A DNA stretch of 54,443 nt from an uncultured Enterobacteriaceae bacterium (lineage in GTDB: Bacteria > Pseudomonadota > Gammaproteobacteria > Burkholderiales > SG8-39), in assembly GCA_964627075.1 (NCBI GenBank), contig CAZVHU010000002.1, forward strand, positions 1-54,443, read 5' to 3'. The translations under genes and the position numbers were made by a program. Position 1 is the first letter of the stretch, and each line of letters starts with the position of its first letter. The notes under the pieces were generated by a model, which was given only the letters and a program-made list of their open reading frames with translations, was not told the DNA's origin and made no database searches. Positions 37,917 to 46,945 of the stretch are shown piece by piece.

Positions 37917-39281
37917 TCAGCGCGAGATCTGCGCGCCGCCGTTCGGCGGGCTCGAGAGCCAGTGCCAGAAGCGGCCCCAGAAGCCGGGGTCGTCGAGCGC
38001 GAACCCGCTCTTGCGGCGGATTGCTTCCACCTCCCAGCCGGTGAGCGAAGCAAGCGTCTGCGCCTCCTTCTCCTTCCGGGCGGTCACTTTCATCAGGTAG
38101 TCGAGCGCAGCCGGGCAGGCGTCCGGCGCCACTTTCGCGGCGTGGCGCAGCACGTAGCGCGTCTGGTAGTTCTGCCGGTCCGAGGTCTCCTGGAAAGCGA
38201 GGTCCTCGGGGAAGGTCTCGGGCGTGTAGCGCACATGCAGGCGCGTGAGCATCACCCTGGCGCCCTGGCGCGTGTCGCCCGAGACCCAGTCCACGCCCAG
38301 GTTCCTCAGCTCCTGCGCGCTCAAGGGGTCGGCGGCGCAGGGGTCGCACCAGCCCATGTCCCAGAAATACTCGGTGAACACGACGCGGTAGCTTTCGCGC
38401 TTCGCTTGCCTGTCGAAGAGCGCGCGGTAGAAGGAAGCGAAGGCGTGCTCCTTGTCGGCCTTGATGTAGGGCGGCAGCTCCATGTTGGCCGGCAGCTTCA
38501 CGGTGCGGTAGTTGGTCGCTTCCACCCGGCCGTTCTTCGTCAGCACCCACAGCACCAGGTCCTGCGGGCCACGCGCGTTGATCATGCCTAGCCGTATCGG
38601 CAGCATGAACTTCTCGCTGCGGAACGAGAATTGCAGCGGCGCGAGGAACTCGCCGCCCGATTTCGCCTGCTCCCCGAGGTTCACCCTGGCGACGAAGAAT
38701 TTCAGGCCCTGGCGGATATAGGGCGCGAGTGCCTTGGATGCGCCCGTGGGGATCCGGTAGCCGTTCTGGATAAGCCAGGTCTCGAGGCCATCGGATTGCT
38801 CGGCCGACAGGATCACGATGTCGTAGGGGCCGACCGTGTACTGCGCTTCGATTTTCACGCCCAGCTCGTCGCGGCGCATCTCCATCGCTACGCTCAGGTC
38901 CTGCCGCCGCGCCGATTGCGCCATGGCGGCGGCCGCCGGGTAGAGCGCAGAGCAGGGATCGCGGTCGAAGTACTCCGCCAGGCGCGGTGCGCTGTAGGCG
39001 TCGATGCGGTCGAAGAGCGCGCGGAACGGCGTCTTCACGTCCTCCTTTTGCAGCACCACGGGCACCGGCACCACCATGGCGAATTCCTTCAGGTCGCCCC
39101 GGTAGTCGTTGAGCATCGAGATGGTGGTGCGGTCGCCGTCGCGCACCATGACCACCTTCGAGGCGTCGTTGAACAGGCTCGCATCGGCCTTGCCGACGTA
39201 GAAGCCGCAGAAAGCCTGGGCCGCGCCCGTAAAGGCGAGCGCCGCGCCCGCCGCTGCCGCCGTGAAATAATTCCATGTCAT
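37917..39281 (-). CDS. Exported DUF2330 domain-containing protein
   Basis: Signal peptide ...AFTGAAQA followed by FCGFYVGKADASLFNDASKVVMVRDGDRTTI..M....G....FAMVVPVP, the N-terminal signature I associate with DUF2330. Its stop lies 10 nt before the RnfD-like start. Confidence 0.75.
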   Translation of the reverse strand: MTWNYFTAAAAGAALAFTGAAQAFCGFYVGKADASLFNDASKVVMVRDGDRTTISMLNDYRGDLKEFAMVVPVPVVLQKEDVKTPFRALFDRIDAYSAPRLAEYFDRDPCSALYPAAAAMAQSARRQDLSVAMEMRRDELGVKIEAQYTVGPYDIVILSAEQSDGLETWLIQNGYRIPTGASKALAPYIRQGLKFFVARVNLGEQAKSGGEFLAPLQFSFRSEKFMLPIRLGMINARGPQDLVLWVLTKNGRVEATNYRTVKLPANMELPPYIKADKEHAFASFYRALFDRQAKRESYRVVFTEYFWDMGWCDPCAADPLSAQELRNLGVDWVSGDTRQGARVMLTRLHVRYTPETFPEDLAFQETSDRQNYQTRYVLRHAAKVAPDACPAALDYLMKVTARKEKEAQTLASLTGWEVEAIRRKSGFALDDPGFWGRFWHWLSSPPNGGAQISR

Positions 39282-39352
39282 GTCCGCTCCTCGCTGGAAA
39301 AGGGTCGTTCCCCGTTGAACGAGGGGTGGCGCGAAAAGGGTTAAGCGAGGCG

Positions 39353-39898
39353 ATGCCCGGACCGAAAGTGGTGGCGCACCTGCTGGCGCCGGACGGGGCG
39401 GTCCCGAACCATCCGCGCTGGCCGCTGCTGGTCTATCCGGCCGCGGTGCCGATCTCGGGATCGGACCCGGCCGCGGCGTTCGAGGAACTCTTCACCCGCA
39501 ATCGCTGGCCGGCCGCGTGGCGCAACGGCGTCTATCCCTTCCACCACTTCCACAGCGACGGCCACGAGGCACTCGGCGTGTACAGTGGCGAGGTGACGGT
39601 GCAGTTCGGCGGCGACGCCGGGGTGGCGGTGACCGCCAAACCTGGCGACGTGATCGTGCTGCCGGCGGGCACCGCCCACAAGAAGCTTTCCTCGCGCGGC
39701 GCGCTTGGCATCGTGGGCGCCTACCCCGAGGGCCAGCACCCCGGCACCTGCGTGCCACCGCTCGCGCGCTTCAAGAACGCCGCGCAGGAAGTCGCGCGCG
39801 TGCCGCTCCCGGCCTGCGACCCGGTGTACGGGGCAAGCGGGCCGCTGTTCGACTTCTGGAAAAAGGGGTCAGGACCCTTTTCCGGAAAAGGGTCCTGA
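39353..39898 (+). CDS. Cupin-domain protein (YjlB-like)
   Basis: YPFHHFHSDGHEALGVYSGEVTVQFGG..G......PGDVIVLPAGTAH cupin motifs. Start at ATG 39353 after AAGCGAGG. Confidence 0.75.
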   Translation: MPGPKVVAHLLAPDGAVPNHPRWPLLVYPAAVPISGSDPAAAFEELFTRNRWPAAWRNGVYPFHHFHSDGHEALGVYSGEVTVQFGGDAGVAVTAKPGDVIVLPAGTAHKKLSSRGALGIVGAYPEGQHPGTCVPPLARFKNAAQEVARVPLPACDPVYGASGPLFDFWKKGSGPFSGKGS

Positions 39899-39906
39899 CC
39901 CCTTTT
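39861..39906. terminator. 46-bp perfect palindrome; bidirectional intrinsic terminator shared by the cupin gene and ruvB
   Basis: AAAAGGGGTCAGGACCCTTTTCC|GGAAAAGGGTCCTGACCCCTTTT: a 23-bp stem with an A-run on one side and a T-run on the other. It contains the cupin stop codon and abuts the ruvB stop. Confidence 0.8.
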
Positions 39907-40934
39907 CAGAGGAGGTCCTGCGTGCCGGAGGGCGCGGCGATGCCGAGGTGCCGGTAGGCGGTGAGGGTCGCCATGCGCCCGCGCGGCGTGCGCTGCAGGT
40001 AGCCGCTCTGGATGAGGAAGGGCTCGAGCACGTCCTCGATGGTGTCGGCCTCCTCGCCGATCGCGTGCGCGAGGTTTTCCAGCCCCACCGGACCGCCGGA
40101 GAACTTCTCGATCACCGCGAGCAGCAGCTTGCGGTCCATGAGATCGAGGCCCAACGCGTCCACGTCGAGCATCCTGAGCGCGGCGTCGGCGACCGCCTTG
40201 GTCACGCGGCCGTCCGCCTTCACCTGCGCGTAGTCGCGCACGCGGCGCAGGAGGCGATTGGCGATGCGCGGCGTGCCGCGCGAGCGGCCGGCGATCTCCG
40301 CGGCGCCCTCCTACACCAACGGCACGTCGAGCAGCTTCGCCGAGCGGCGAACGATCTTCGCCAGGTCCGCGACGTCGTAGAACTCCAGGCGCGCCACGAT
40401 GCCGAATCGGTCGCGCAACGGGTTGGTCAGCATGCCGGCGCGCGTGGTCGCGCCGACGAGCGTGAAGGGCGGAAGATCCAGCTTGATCGAGCGCGCCGCA
40501 GGCCCCTCGCCGATCATGATGTCGATCTGGTAGTCCTCGAGCGCCGGGTAGAGGATCTCCTCGACCACCGGCGACAGGCGGTGGATCTCGTCGATGAAGA
40601 GCACGTCCCTCGGCTCGAGGTTGGTGAGGATCGCGGCGAGGTCCCCGGGCCGCTCGAGCACCGGCCCCGAGGTCTGCCGGAGGTTCACGCCCATTTCCTT
40701 CGCCACGATGTGCGCGAGCGTGGTCTTGCCCAGACCCGGGGGCCCGAAGAGCAGCACGTGGTCGAGCGCTTCCGCCCTCGCGCGCGCCGCCTGGATGAAG
40801 ATCTCGAACTGGCCGCGCACCTTTTCCTGGCCGATGTACTCGGCGAGCGTCGCCGGGCGCAAGCTGCGCTCGAACTGCTCTTCCTGCGCCGAGGCAGGCT
40901 TTGCCGAAATCAGGCGATCGGTCTCGACGGCCAT
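39906..40934 (-). pseudogene. ruvB: Holliday junction helicase RuvB, interrupted by one in-frame TAG at 40311..40313
   Basis: ORFs 40311..40934 (Walker [10 protein letters not shown], Walker [10 protein letters not shown]) and 39906..40241 are in the same frame. The junction reads ...LLDVPLV[28 protein letters not shown]. Confidence 0.85.
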
Positions 40935-40992
40935 GGCCTTATCTTACTGGCTTGCAGTGGGATTGGAATACCAACGCCGCGGCCGCCGGGCG

Positions 40993-41035
40993 ACTTGACC
41001 GATAACTTGACCGATACTTGACCCACGGCTAATAT
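40993..41035 (+). promoter_or_regulatory. Predicted sigma70-type promoter of fic embedded in tandem ACTTGACCGATA repeats
   Basis: ACTTGACCGATA x2 plus a partial CTTGACCCA. The middle TTGACC (41007..41012) is 17 nt from TAATAT (41030..41035). The GTG of fic lies 7 nt after the -10, implying a leaderless or near-leaderless mRNA. Confidence 0.55.
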
Positions 41036-41042
41036 CGGCGGC

Positions 41043-42044
41043 GTGAGCTGCCGGCTGCTGTTCACCATCACGCCCGCGCTGCTTGCGCGCGTGGAGGCAG
41101 TTGCGGTGCTGCGCGAGCGCATCCAGGGCGCGACGGTGCAAGTGGCCTGGATTCCCGCGTTGCAGAAGGACACCCGCGCCCGGAACGCGCATTCGTCCAC
41201 GGCGATCGAAGGCAACCCCCTCACTCTGGAGCAGGTGCGCGCCCTGGAGGAGGGTCGGCCGCTGACGGTGCCGACGCGCGCGCGCCGGGAGGTCGTCAAT
41301 TACTTCGCGGCGCTGCGGCACATCGAGAAGCGCGCGACGAAGAAGCGGATTGTTCACGAGGACCTGCTCCGGCTGCACGCCATCATCGCCGGCGCGGCGA
41401 TGGACCAGGGGGAGGCGGGCCGCTACCGGACGATCCGCGTCCGGGTCGGGCCCTACTTCCCGCCCCCGCCGGAAGAGGTTTCGGGACTGATGCTCGAGCT
41501 GCTCGAATGGTGGAACAACGAGTCGCGCGCCCTGTCGCCGGTCCTGAGTGCGGCGATCCTGCACTATCGCTTCGAGGCCATTCACCCGTTCGCGGACGGC
41601 AACGGCCGGACGGGCCGCGCGCTCGCCCTGTGGGAACTCTACCGGCGCGGGTTCGACATGCACCATATCTTTTCCGTGGACGAGTTCTACTGGGAGGACC
41701 GCCCACGCTACTACGCCGCGCTCCAGGCGGTGCGGCACCAGGGCGAGGATCTCACGTCCTGGCTCGAATACTGCGCTGAAGGGCTGCAATGGACTCTGGA
41801 ACGGGTGTGGCAGCGCATCCAGCAGCTCACGGCGTCTCGCGGCCGCGCCCCATTGGTACTTCGGCCCAAGCAGGAACAGCTGCTGCAGTTGTTGCGGGCG
41901 CACGGCAGCCTCAGCCCGCGCGAGATCTGGAGCGGCCTCCAGGTTTCCAAGCAGGGGGCGATGGATCTGCTGCGACCGCTGCTCAAGGCAAGGCTGGTCA
42001 GGCGCGTGGGCACCCTGAAGAACGGACGCTACGTGCTCAGATGA
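41043..42044 (+). CDS. Fic-family protein (class II, N-terminal inhibitory helix) with C-terminal winged-helix-like domain
   Basis: Active-site motif HPFADGNGRTGR. Inhibitory motif STAIEGN ([ST]xxxE[GN]) upstream. C-terminal segment LLQLL...SPREIW..L.VSKQGAMDLLRPL....V.R resembles a wHTH. Confidence 0.85.
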   Translation: MSCRLLFTITPALLARVEAVAVLRERIQGATVQVAWIPALQKDTRARNAHSSTAIEGNPLTLEQVRALEEGRPLTVPTRARREVVNYFAALRHIEKRATKKRIVHEDLLRLHAIIAGAAMDQGEAGRYRTIRVRVGPYFPPPPEEVSGLMLELLEWWNNESRALSPVLSAAILHYRFEAIHPFADGNGRTGRALALWELYRRGFDMHHIFSVDEFYWEDRPRYYAALQAVRHQGEDLTSWLEYCAEGLQWTLERVWQRIQQLTASRGRAPLVLRPKQEQLLQLLRAHGSLSPREIWSGLQVSKQGAMDLLRPLLKARLVRRVGTLKNGRYVLR

Positions 42045-42060
42045 GCGCGCGATCCGCTGA

Positions 42061-42627
42061 TCAGCTTTTCGCCAGAGCCTTGAGCGCAGCGCGGATGCCC
42101 TCGGCCACCGCGATCCCCGGTGGCAATTGCTTCACCGCCGCGAGCGCCTCTTTCTCGCTGTAGCCGAGGCCGAGCAGCGCGTTGAGCACGTCGGTCGAGC
42201 TGCCCGCCACGGGCTTGGCGACGGCTTCTGCGAGCTTGCCCTTCAGCTCGAGCAGCAGCCGCTCGGCGGTCTTCTTGCCGATTCCCGGGATCTTGGTCAG
42301 GCGCCCGGCTTCCTGCAGCGCCACGGCCTGCGCGAGGTCGGCGACCGAAAGGCCCGAGAGCACGGCGAGCGCGGTGCGCGCGCCCACGCCCGAGATGCGG
42401 ATGAGCTGCCGGAACGCCGCGCGCTCTTCCAGCGTCGCAAAGCCGTAGAGCACGTGCGCATCCTCGCGCACCACGAGGTGGGTGTGCAGCGTCACCGGCT
42501 CGCCCGTCGCAGGCAGGGCGTAGAAGGTGCTCATCGGAACATCGATCTCGTAGGCGACGCCCCCCACGTCCAGCAGCACCTGCGGCGGGTGCTTGGCGGC
42601 GAGCCTGCCGCTCAAGCGCCCGATCAT
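42061..42627 (-). CDS. ruvA: Holliday junction DNA-binding protein RuvA
   Basis: MIGRLSGRL......[16 protein letters not shown]...LYGF....ER..F..LI.ISGVGA..ALA.LS...[12 protein letters not shown], canonical RuvA. Confidence 0.95.
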   Translation of the reverse strand: MIGRLSGRLAAKHPPQVLLDVGGVAYEIDVPMSTFYALPATGEPVTLHTHLVVREDAHVLYGFATLEERAAFRQLIRISGVGARTALAVLSGLSVADLAQAVALQEAGRLTKIPGIGKKTAERLLLELKGKLAEAVAKPVAGSSTDVLNALLGLGYSEKEALAAVKQLPPGIAVAEGIRAALKALAKS

Positions 42628-43148
42628 ACGAGCCGGCCGCGTTTCATGCGGAAGCCGCGCGTGGACAGGCGCCCGAGCGCGCCGCCGTGCGCGTGGCAGA
42701 TGGCGCAGGCGAGCGCGTCCGCCGCATCGGGGCTCGGGCTCCCTGGCAGCGCGAGCAAGCGCCTTACCATGTCCTGGACCTGGTCTTTTTTCGCGTGGCC
42801 CTTGCCGACCACCGCCTGCTTCACCTGCAGCGCAGTGTACTCGGACACCGGCAGCCCGGCGAGCACGGCGGCGCAGATCGCGGTGCCGCGCGCCTGGCCG
42901 AGCGCGAGCGTGGACTGCGCGTTGACGTTGACGAACACCTTCTCGATCGCCACTTCGTGCGGGCGGTTCTCGGCGATCACCTCCCGCAGGCCCTCGAGGA
43001 TCGTCGCGAGGCGCGCGGCGAGCTCGCCGCGCCCCGAGCGCACGCAGCCGCTCGTCAGGTACTGCAGCCGGTTGCCGGTCTTCTCTACGATCCCGAAGCC
43101 GGTGACCTGCAAGCCCGGGTCGATGCCGAGGATCCGGAGGCTTCTCAC
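42624..43148 (-). CDS. ruvC: Crossover junction endodeoxyribonuclease RuvC
   Basis: [16 protein letters not shown].....L.Y...G.......L..RL..I...L.EVI....P.EVAIEKVF...N..S.L.LGQARG...YT...VKQAVVG.G.A.K.QVQ.MV...L.L......DAADALA.AI.H. GTG start; ATGA overlap with ruvA. Confidence 0.9.
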   Translation of the reverse strand: MRSLRILGIDPGLQVTGFGIVEKTGNRLQYLTSGCVRSGRGELAARLATILEGLREVIAENRPHEVAIEKVFVNVNAQSTLALGQARGTAICAAVLAGLPVSEYTALQVKQAVVGKGHAKKDQVQDMVRRLLALPGSPSPDAADALACAICHAHGGALGRLSTRGFRMKRGRLV

Positions 43149-43873
43149 GCCTCGGCGATCGCCGCGGTGGTGTAGACGTCCTGCACGTCGTCCAGGCTCT
43201 CGAGCGCATCCAGCAGCCGGCGCATGCGCGCCGCGTCCTCGCCCGCGAGCTCGTTCTCGGTGGCGGGCTTCATGGTGATCTCGGCGGCGTCGGGCTTGAG
43301 GCCCGCTTTTTCCAATGCCGACTTCACCGCGTCGAAATCGGCGGGCGCGCTGATCACCTCGATCGAGCCGTCGTCGTTGGTCACGACGTCCTCGGCCCCG
43401 GCGTCGAGCGCGGCTTCCATGACCTTGTCCTCGCTCGCGCCCGGCGCGAACACGAACTGGCCGCAGTGCTTGAAAAGGAACGCCACCGCGCCGTCGGCGG
43501 CGAGGTTGCCGCCGTTCTTGGTGAAGGCGTGGCGCACTTCGGCCACCGTGCGCGTGCGATTGTCGGTGAGGCAGTCCACCATCACCGCCGCGCCGCCCGC
43601 GCCGTAGCCCTCGTAGCGCACTTCCTCGTAGGTCACCCCTTCCAGCTGGCCGGTGCCGCGCTTGATCGCGTTCTGCACGCTGTCCTTGGCCATGTTGGCC
43701 TCGCGCGCCTTGTCCATCGCGAGGCGCAGGCGCGCGTTGGTGCCGGGGTCGCCGCCGCCGAGCCTGGCCGCGACCGTGATCTCGCGGATCAGGCGCGTGA
43801 ACACCTTGCCCTTCTTCGCATCCGCAGCCGCCTTGCGGTGCTTGATGTTCGCCCACTTGCTGTGACCTGCCAT
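43145..43873 (-). CDS. yebC: YebC/PmpR-family protein
   Basis: [24 protein letters not shown]+L.REI..AA+.GGGDP..N.RLR.A..KA...NM.KD....AIKRG, canonical YebC. Confidence 0.95.
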   Translation of the reverse strand: MAGHSKWANIKHRKAAADAKKGKVFTRLIREITVAARLGGGDPGTNARLRLAMDKAREANMAKDSVQNAIKRGTGQLEGVTYEEVRYEGYGAGGAAVMVDCLTDNRTRTVAEVRHAFTKNGGNLAADGAVAFLFKHCGQFVFAPGASEDKVMEAALDAGAEDVVTNDDGSIEVISAPADFDAVKSALEKAGLKPDAAEITMKPATENELAGEDAARMRRLLDALESLDDVQDVYTTAAIAEA

Positions 43874-43890
43874 GTAATAATTTTACCGCC

Positions 43891-45381
43891 ATGCCCGCCC
43901 CTCTCCTCGTCGCGAAGAACCAGAAGGCCGAGCTGCACCTGCTGCCCGCGCTCGCCAACCGCCACGGACTCGTCACCGGCGCCACCGGCACCGGCAAGAC
44001 CGTCACCCTGCAGGCGCTCGCGCACGGCTTCAGCAACATCGGCGTGCCGGTGTTCCTCGCCGACGTGAAGGGCGACCTCGCCGGCATCTCGCAGGCCGGG
44101 GGCGACAACGCCAAGGTCGCCGAGCGCGCGAAGAGCCTCGGCATCGAGCTGAAGTACGAGGGCTGCCCGGTGGTGCTGTGGGACGTCTTCGGCAAGGGCG
44201 GCCATCCGGTGCGCGCCACGATCTCCGACATGGGGCCGCTGCTGCTCGCGAGAATGCTGGGGCTGAACGACACGCAGGAAGGGGTGCTGAACCTGGTGTT
44301 CAAGATCGCCGACGACTCGGGCCTGCTGCTCCTGGACATGAAGGACCTGAGGGCGATGCTGCAGCACGTGGCCGACAATGCCCCGAAGTTCACCACAGAG
44401 TACGGCAACGTCTCGGCGGCGTCGGTCGGCGCCATCCAGCGCGGCCTGCTCGCGCTCGAGAGCCAGGGCGCGGGCGAGTTCTTCGGCGAGCCCATGCTCG
44501 ACATCGCCGACCTCATGCAGACCGCGAACGGCAAGGGTGTCGTGAACATCCTCGCCGCGGACAAGCTCATGCATTCGCCCAAACTCTACGCCACGTTCCT
44601 GCTGTGGATGCTGGCCGAGCTGTTCGAGAACCTGCCCGAGGTGGGCGACCCGGAGAAGCCGAAGCTCGTGTTCTTCTTCGACGAGGCGCATTTGCTGTTC
44701 GACGAGGCGCCCAAGGCGCTGCTGGAGAAGATCGAGCAGGTGGTGCGGCTCATACGCTCCAAGGGCGTGGGCGTGTACTTCGTGACGCAGAACCCGCTCG
44801 ACATCCCCGAATCGGTGCTGGGGCAGCTGGGCAATCGGGTGCAGCACGCGCTGCGCGCCTTCACGCCCAGGGACCAGAAGGCGGTGAAGTCGGCCGCCGA
44901 GACCATGCGCCCCAACCCCAAGCTCAGGATCGAGCAGGCGATCACCGAGCTGGGCGTGGGCGAGGCGCTGGTGTCGCTGCTCGACGAGAAGGGCCGCCCC
45001 GGCATCACCGAGCGCGCCTTTGTCGTAGCGCCGGGCTCCAAGCTCGGCCCGATATCGGACGCAGAGCGGCAACAGCTGATCGCCGGCTCGGCGATCGCCG
45101 GCCATTACGAGAAGAAGGTGGACCGCGAGTCGGCCTACGAGAAGCTCAAGGCGCGCACCGCCGAGATGCAGGCCCAGGCGCCGGAAGCGAAACCCGCTTC
45201 GGGCGGCGCGGGCAGCGTGTTGTCGGACGTTATCTTCGGCAAGACCGGCCCCCGCGGCGGCAAGCAGTCCAAGGGCATCCTGGAGTCAGCCGCGCAGAGT
45301 GCCGCGCGCGCCATCGGCTCGGAACTGGGGCGCCAGGTGCTGCGCGGCGTGCTCGGCTCGATCCTGGGCAAGAAGCGCTAG
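43891..45381 (+). CDS. HerA-like ATPase, DUF853 (YjgR) family
   Basis: [25 protein letters not shown] Walker [12 protein letters not shown] Walker B, and the conserved [29 protein letters not shown] block. Confidence 0.85.
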   Translation: MPAPLLVAKNQKAELHLLPALANRHGLVTGATGTGKTVTLQALAHGFSNIGVPVFLADVKGDLAGISQAGGDNAKVAERAKSLGIELKYEGCPVVLWDVFGKGGHPVRATISDMGPLLLARMLGLNDTQEGVLNLVFKIADDSGLLLLDMKDLRAMLQHVADNAPKFTTEYGNVSAASVGAIQRGLLALESQGAGEFFGEPMLDIADLMQTANGKGVVNILAADKLMHSPKLYATFLLWMLAELFENLPEVGDPEKPKLVFFFDEAHLLFDEAPKALLEKIEQVVRLIRSKGVGVYFVTQNPLDIPESVLGQLGNRVQHALRAFTPRDQKAVKSAAETMRPNPKLRIEQAITELGVGEALVSLLDEKGRPGITERAFVVAPGSKLGPISDAERQQLIAGSAIAGHYEKKVDRESAYEKLKARTAEMQAQAPEAKPASGGAGSVLSDVIFGKTGPRGGKQSKGILESAAQSAARAIGSELGRQVLRGVLGSILGKKR

Positions 45382-45705
45382 TTGACTGCGGCGAGCCTGC
45401 TCGACTTCCTCGGGCTGGAATGCGTGAGCGCGAGGCTCGGGCGGCTCATCATGTTCCTCTACCCGACGCTGGTCGTGATCCTGCCGGCGGTGTTCCTCGC
45501 CAAGCCGGCGACGCGGCGCGAGATTGCGGCGCTCGAGCTGCCCACGGCACTCTGGTGGTGTGCGATCCTGCTTGCGATCGCGTGCACCGCGCTGCCCGTG
45601 TTCCTCGTCGTCGAGGCGCTCAAGCGCATCGGCGCCAACCACCTCGCGCTCACCGGCGCGCTCGTCATCTCCGGAGTGCTTCTCTTCACGCTGGAAAGGA
45701 ACTGA
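45382..45705 (+). pseudogene. Relic of an EamA/DMT-family transporter (N-terminally truncated, internally deleted)
   Basis: LDFLGLECVSARLGRLIMFLYPTLVVILPAVFLAKPATRREI joined to TALPVFLVVEALKRIGANHLALTGAL. In intact ~290-aa DMT proteins these two blocks are ~130 aa apart. Confidence 0.5.
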
Positions 45706-45707
45706 AC

Positions 45708-46487
45708 ATGGATCTGGGAATTCGAGGCAGGAACGCCATCGTGTGCGCCGCTTCCAAGGGCCTTGGCAAGGGTTGCGCGATGTCGCTCGCGCGCGAGGGC
45801 GTCAACGTGGTGATCACCGCGCGCGGCCGCGAGGCGCTCGAGGCGACCGCCGAGGAAATCCGCAAGGCGACCGGCGCGAAGGTAGTCACCGTCGCGGGAG
45901 ACATCGCCACGCCCGAGGGTCGGGCGGCGGCGCTCGCCGCCTGCCCCGCGCCGGACATCCTCGTCAACAACGCCGGCGGGCCGCCGCCGGGAGACTTCCG
46001 CAACTGGTCGCGCGAGGACTGGCTGAAGGCGCTCGACGCCAACATGCTCACCCCCATCGAGCTCATCAAGGCGACGCTCGACGGCATGATCGCGCGCAAG
46101 TTCGGCCGCATTGTCAACATCACCTCGAGCGCGGTGAAGTCGCCGATCGCGGAGCTGGGGCTTTCCAATGGCGCGCGCACGGGCTTGACCGGCTTCGTCG
46201 CCGGGATCTCGCGCCGCTGCGCGCAGCACAACGTCACCATCAACAACCTGCTGCCCGGGCGCTTCTGGACGGACCGCCTCAAGTCGAACACCGAGCACAA
46301 CGCCAGGCAGCAAGGCAAGACGTTCGAGGAAGTGAAGGCTGCGCTGGAAAAAACGATCCCCGCGGCGCGCTTCGGCACGCCGGAGGAGTTCGGCGACGCC
46401 TGCGCGTACCTGTGCAGCGCGCAGGCCTCCTACGTCACCGGCCAGAACTTCCTGATCGACGGCGGCGCCTTCCCCGGCACGTTCTAG
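45708..46487 (+). CDS. SDR-family oxidoreductase (3-oxoacyl-ACP reductase-like)
   Basis: Cofactor-binding motif AIVCAASKGLGKG in place of the classical TGxxxGIG, NNAG motif, a C-terminal FGTPEEFG..CAYLCS..ASYVTGQN.LIDGG. The catalytic region is atypical (no clear YxxxK seen). Confidence 0.8.
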   Translation: MDLGIRGRNAIVCAASKGLGKGCAMSLAREGVNVVITARGREALEATAEEIRKATGAKVVTVAGDIATPEGRAAALAACPAPDILVNNAGGPPPGDFRNWSREDWLKALDANMLTPIELIKATLDGMIARKFGRIVNITSSAVKSPIAELGLSNGARTGLTGFVAGISRRCAQHNVTINNLLPGRFWTDRLKSNTEHNARQQGKTFEEVKAALEKTIPAARFGTPEEFGDACAYLCSAQASYVTGQNFLIDGGAFPGTF

Positions 46488-46945
46488 CGCCGGGGCGAGG
46501 GCTCGAAGAAGCCCTGCCAGCGCTGCGCGAAGTCGGTGCCGGCCGTTCCGGCGGCGCCCGAGGGCGCGGCGAACTGCTGCCAAGTCTCCACGAACGCCCG
46601 GCCGCCCACGCCGCCGGCGGCAATCGGTTGCGGCGGGTAGGCCGGGGTGGCGGGAACCACGTATGGCGCAGTCGCGGCGTGGCCGATGAGCCCGCCGAGG
46701 AGCGCCCCGGCGACCATCGGCCCGGGACCGGCGCCCGCGAGCGCGCCTGCCATCGCGCCGATGGCCGCCCCTGCCGGCCAGGCCGACGCGGGATAAGCCG
46801 CAGGGTAGTAGGCGACGCCGCCTGAAGGCAGGTAGTACGGTGCAGCGGGATATGGCGCGTACTGCGCGCAGACCTGGTTGGAGAGCAACGCCAGGCTTGC
46901 CGCGAGCGCGAAGCGGGACTTCCTGGTCCTGGGTAGCGAGTTCAT
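46484..46945 (-). CDS. Secreted glycine-zipper (17-kDa-antigen-like) protein, Pro/Tyr/Ala-rich
   Basis: Signal peptide MNSLPRTRKSRFALAASLALLSNQVCAQ. Glycine zipper AGAAIGAMAGALAGAGPGPMVAGALLGGLIGHA. Confidence 0.55.
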   Translation of the reverse strand: MNSLPRTRKSRFALAASLALLSNQVCAQYAPYPAAPYYLPSGGVAYYPAAYPASAWPAGAAIGAMAGALAGAGPGPMVAGALLGGLIGHAATAPYVVPATPAYPPQPIAAGGVGGRAFVETWQQFAAPSGAAGTAGTDFAQRWQGFFEPSPRR

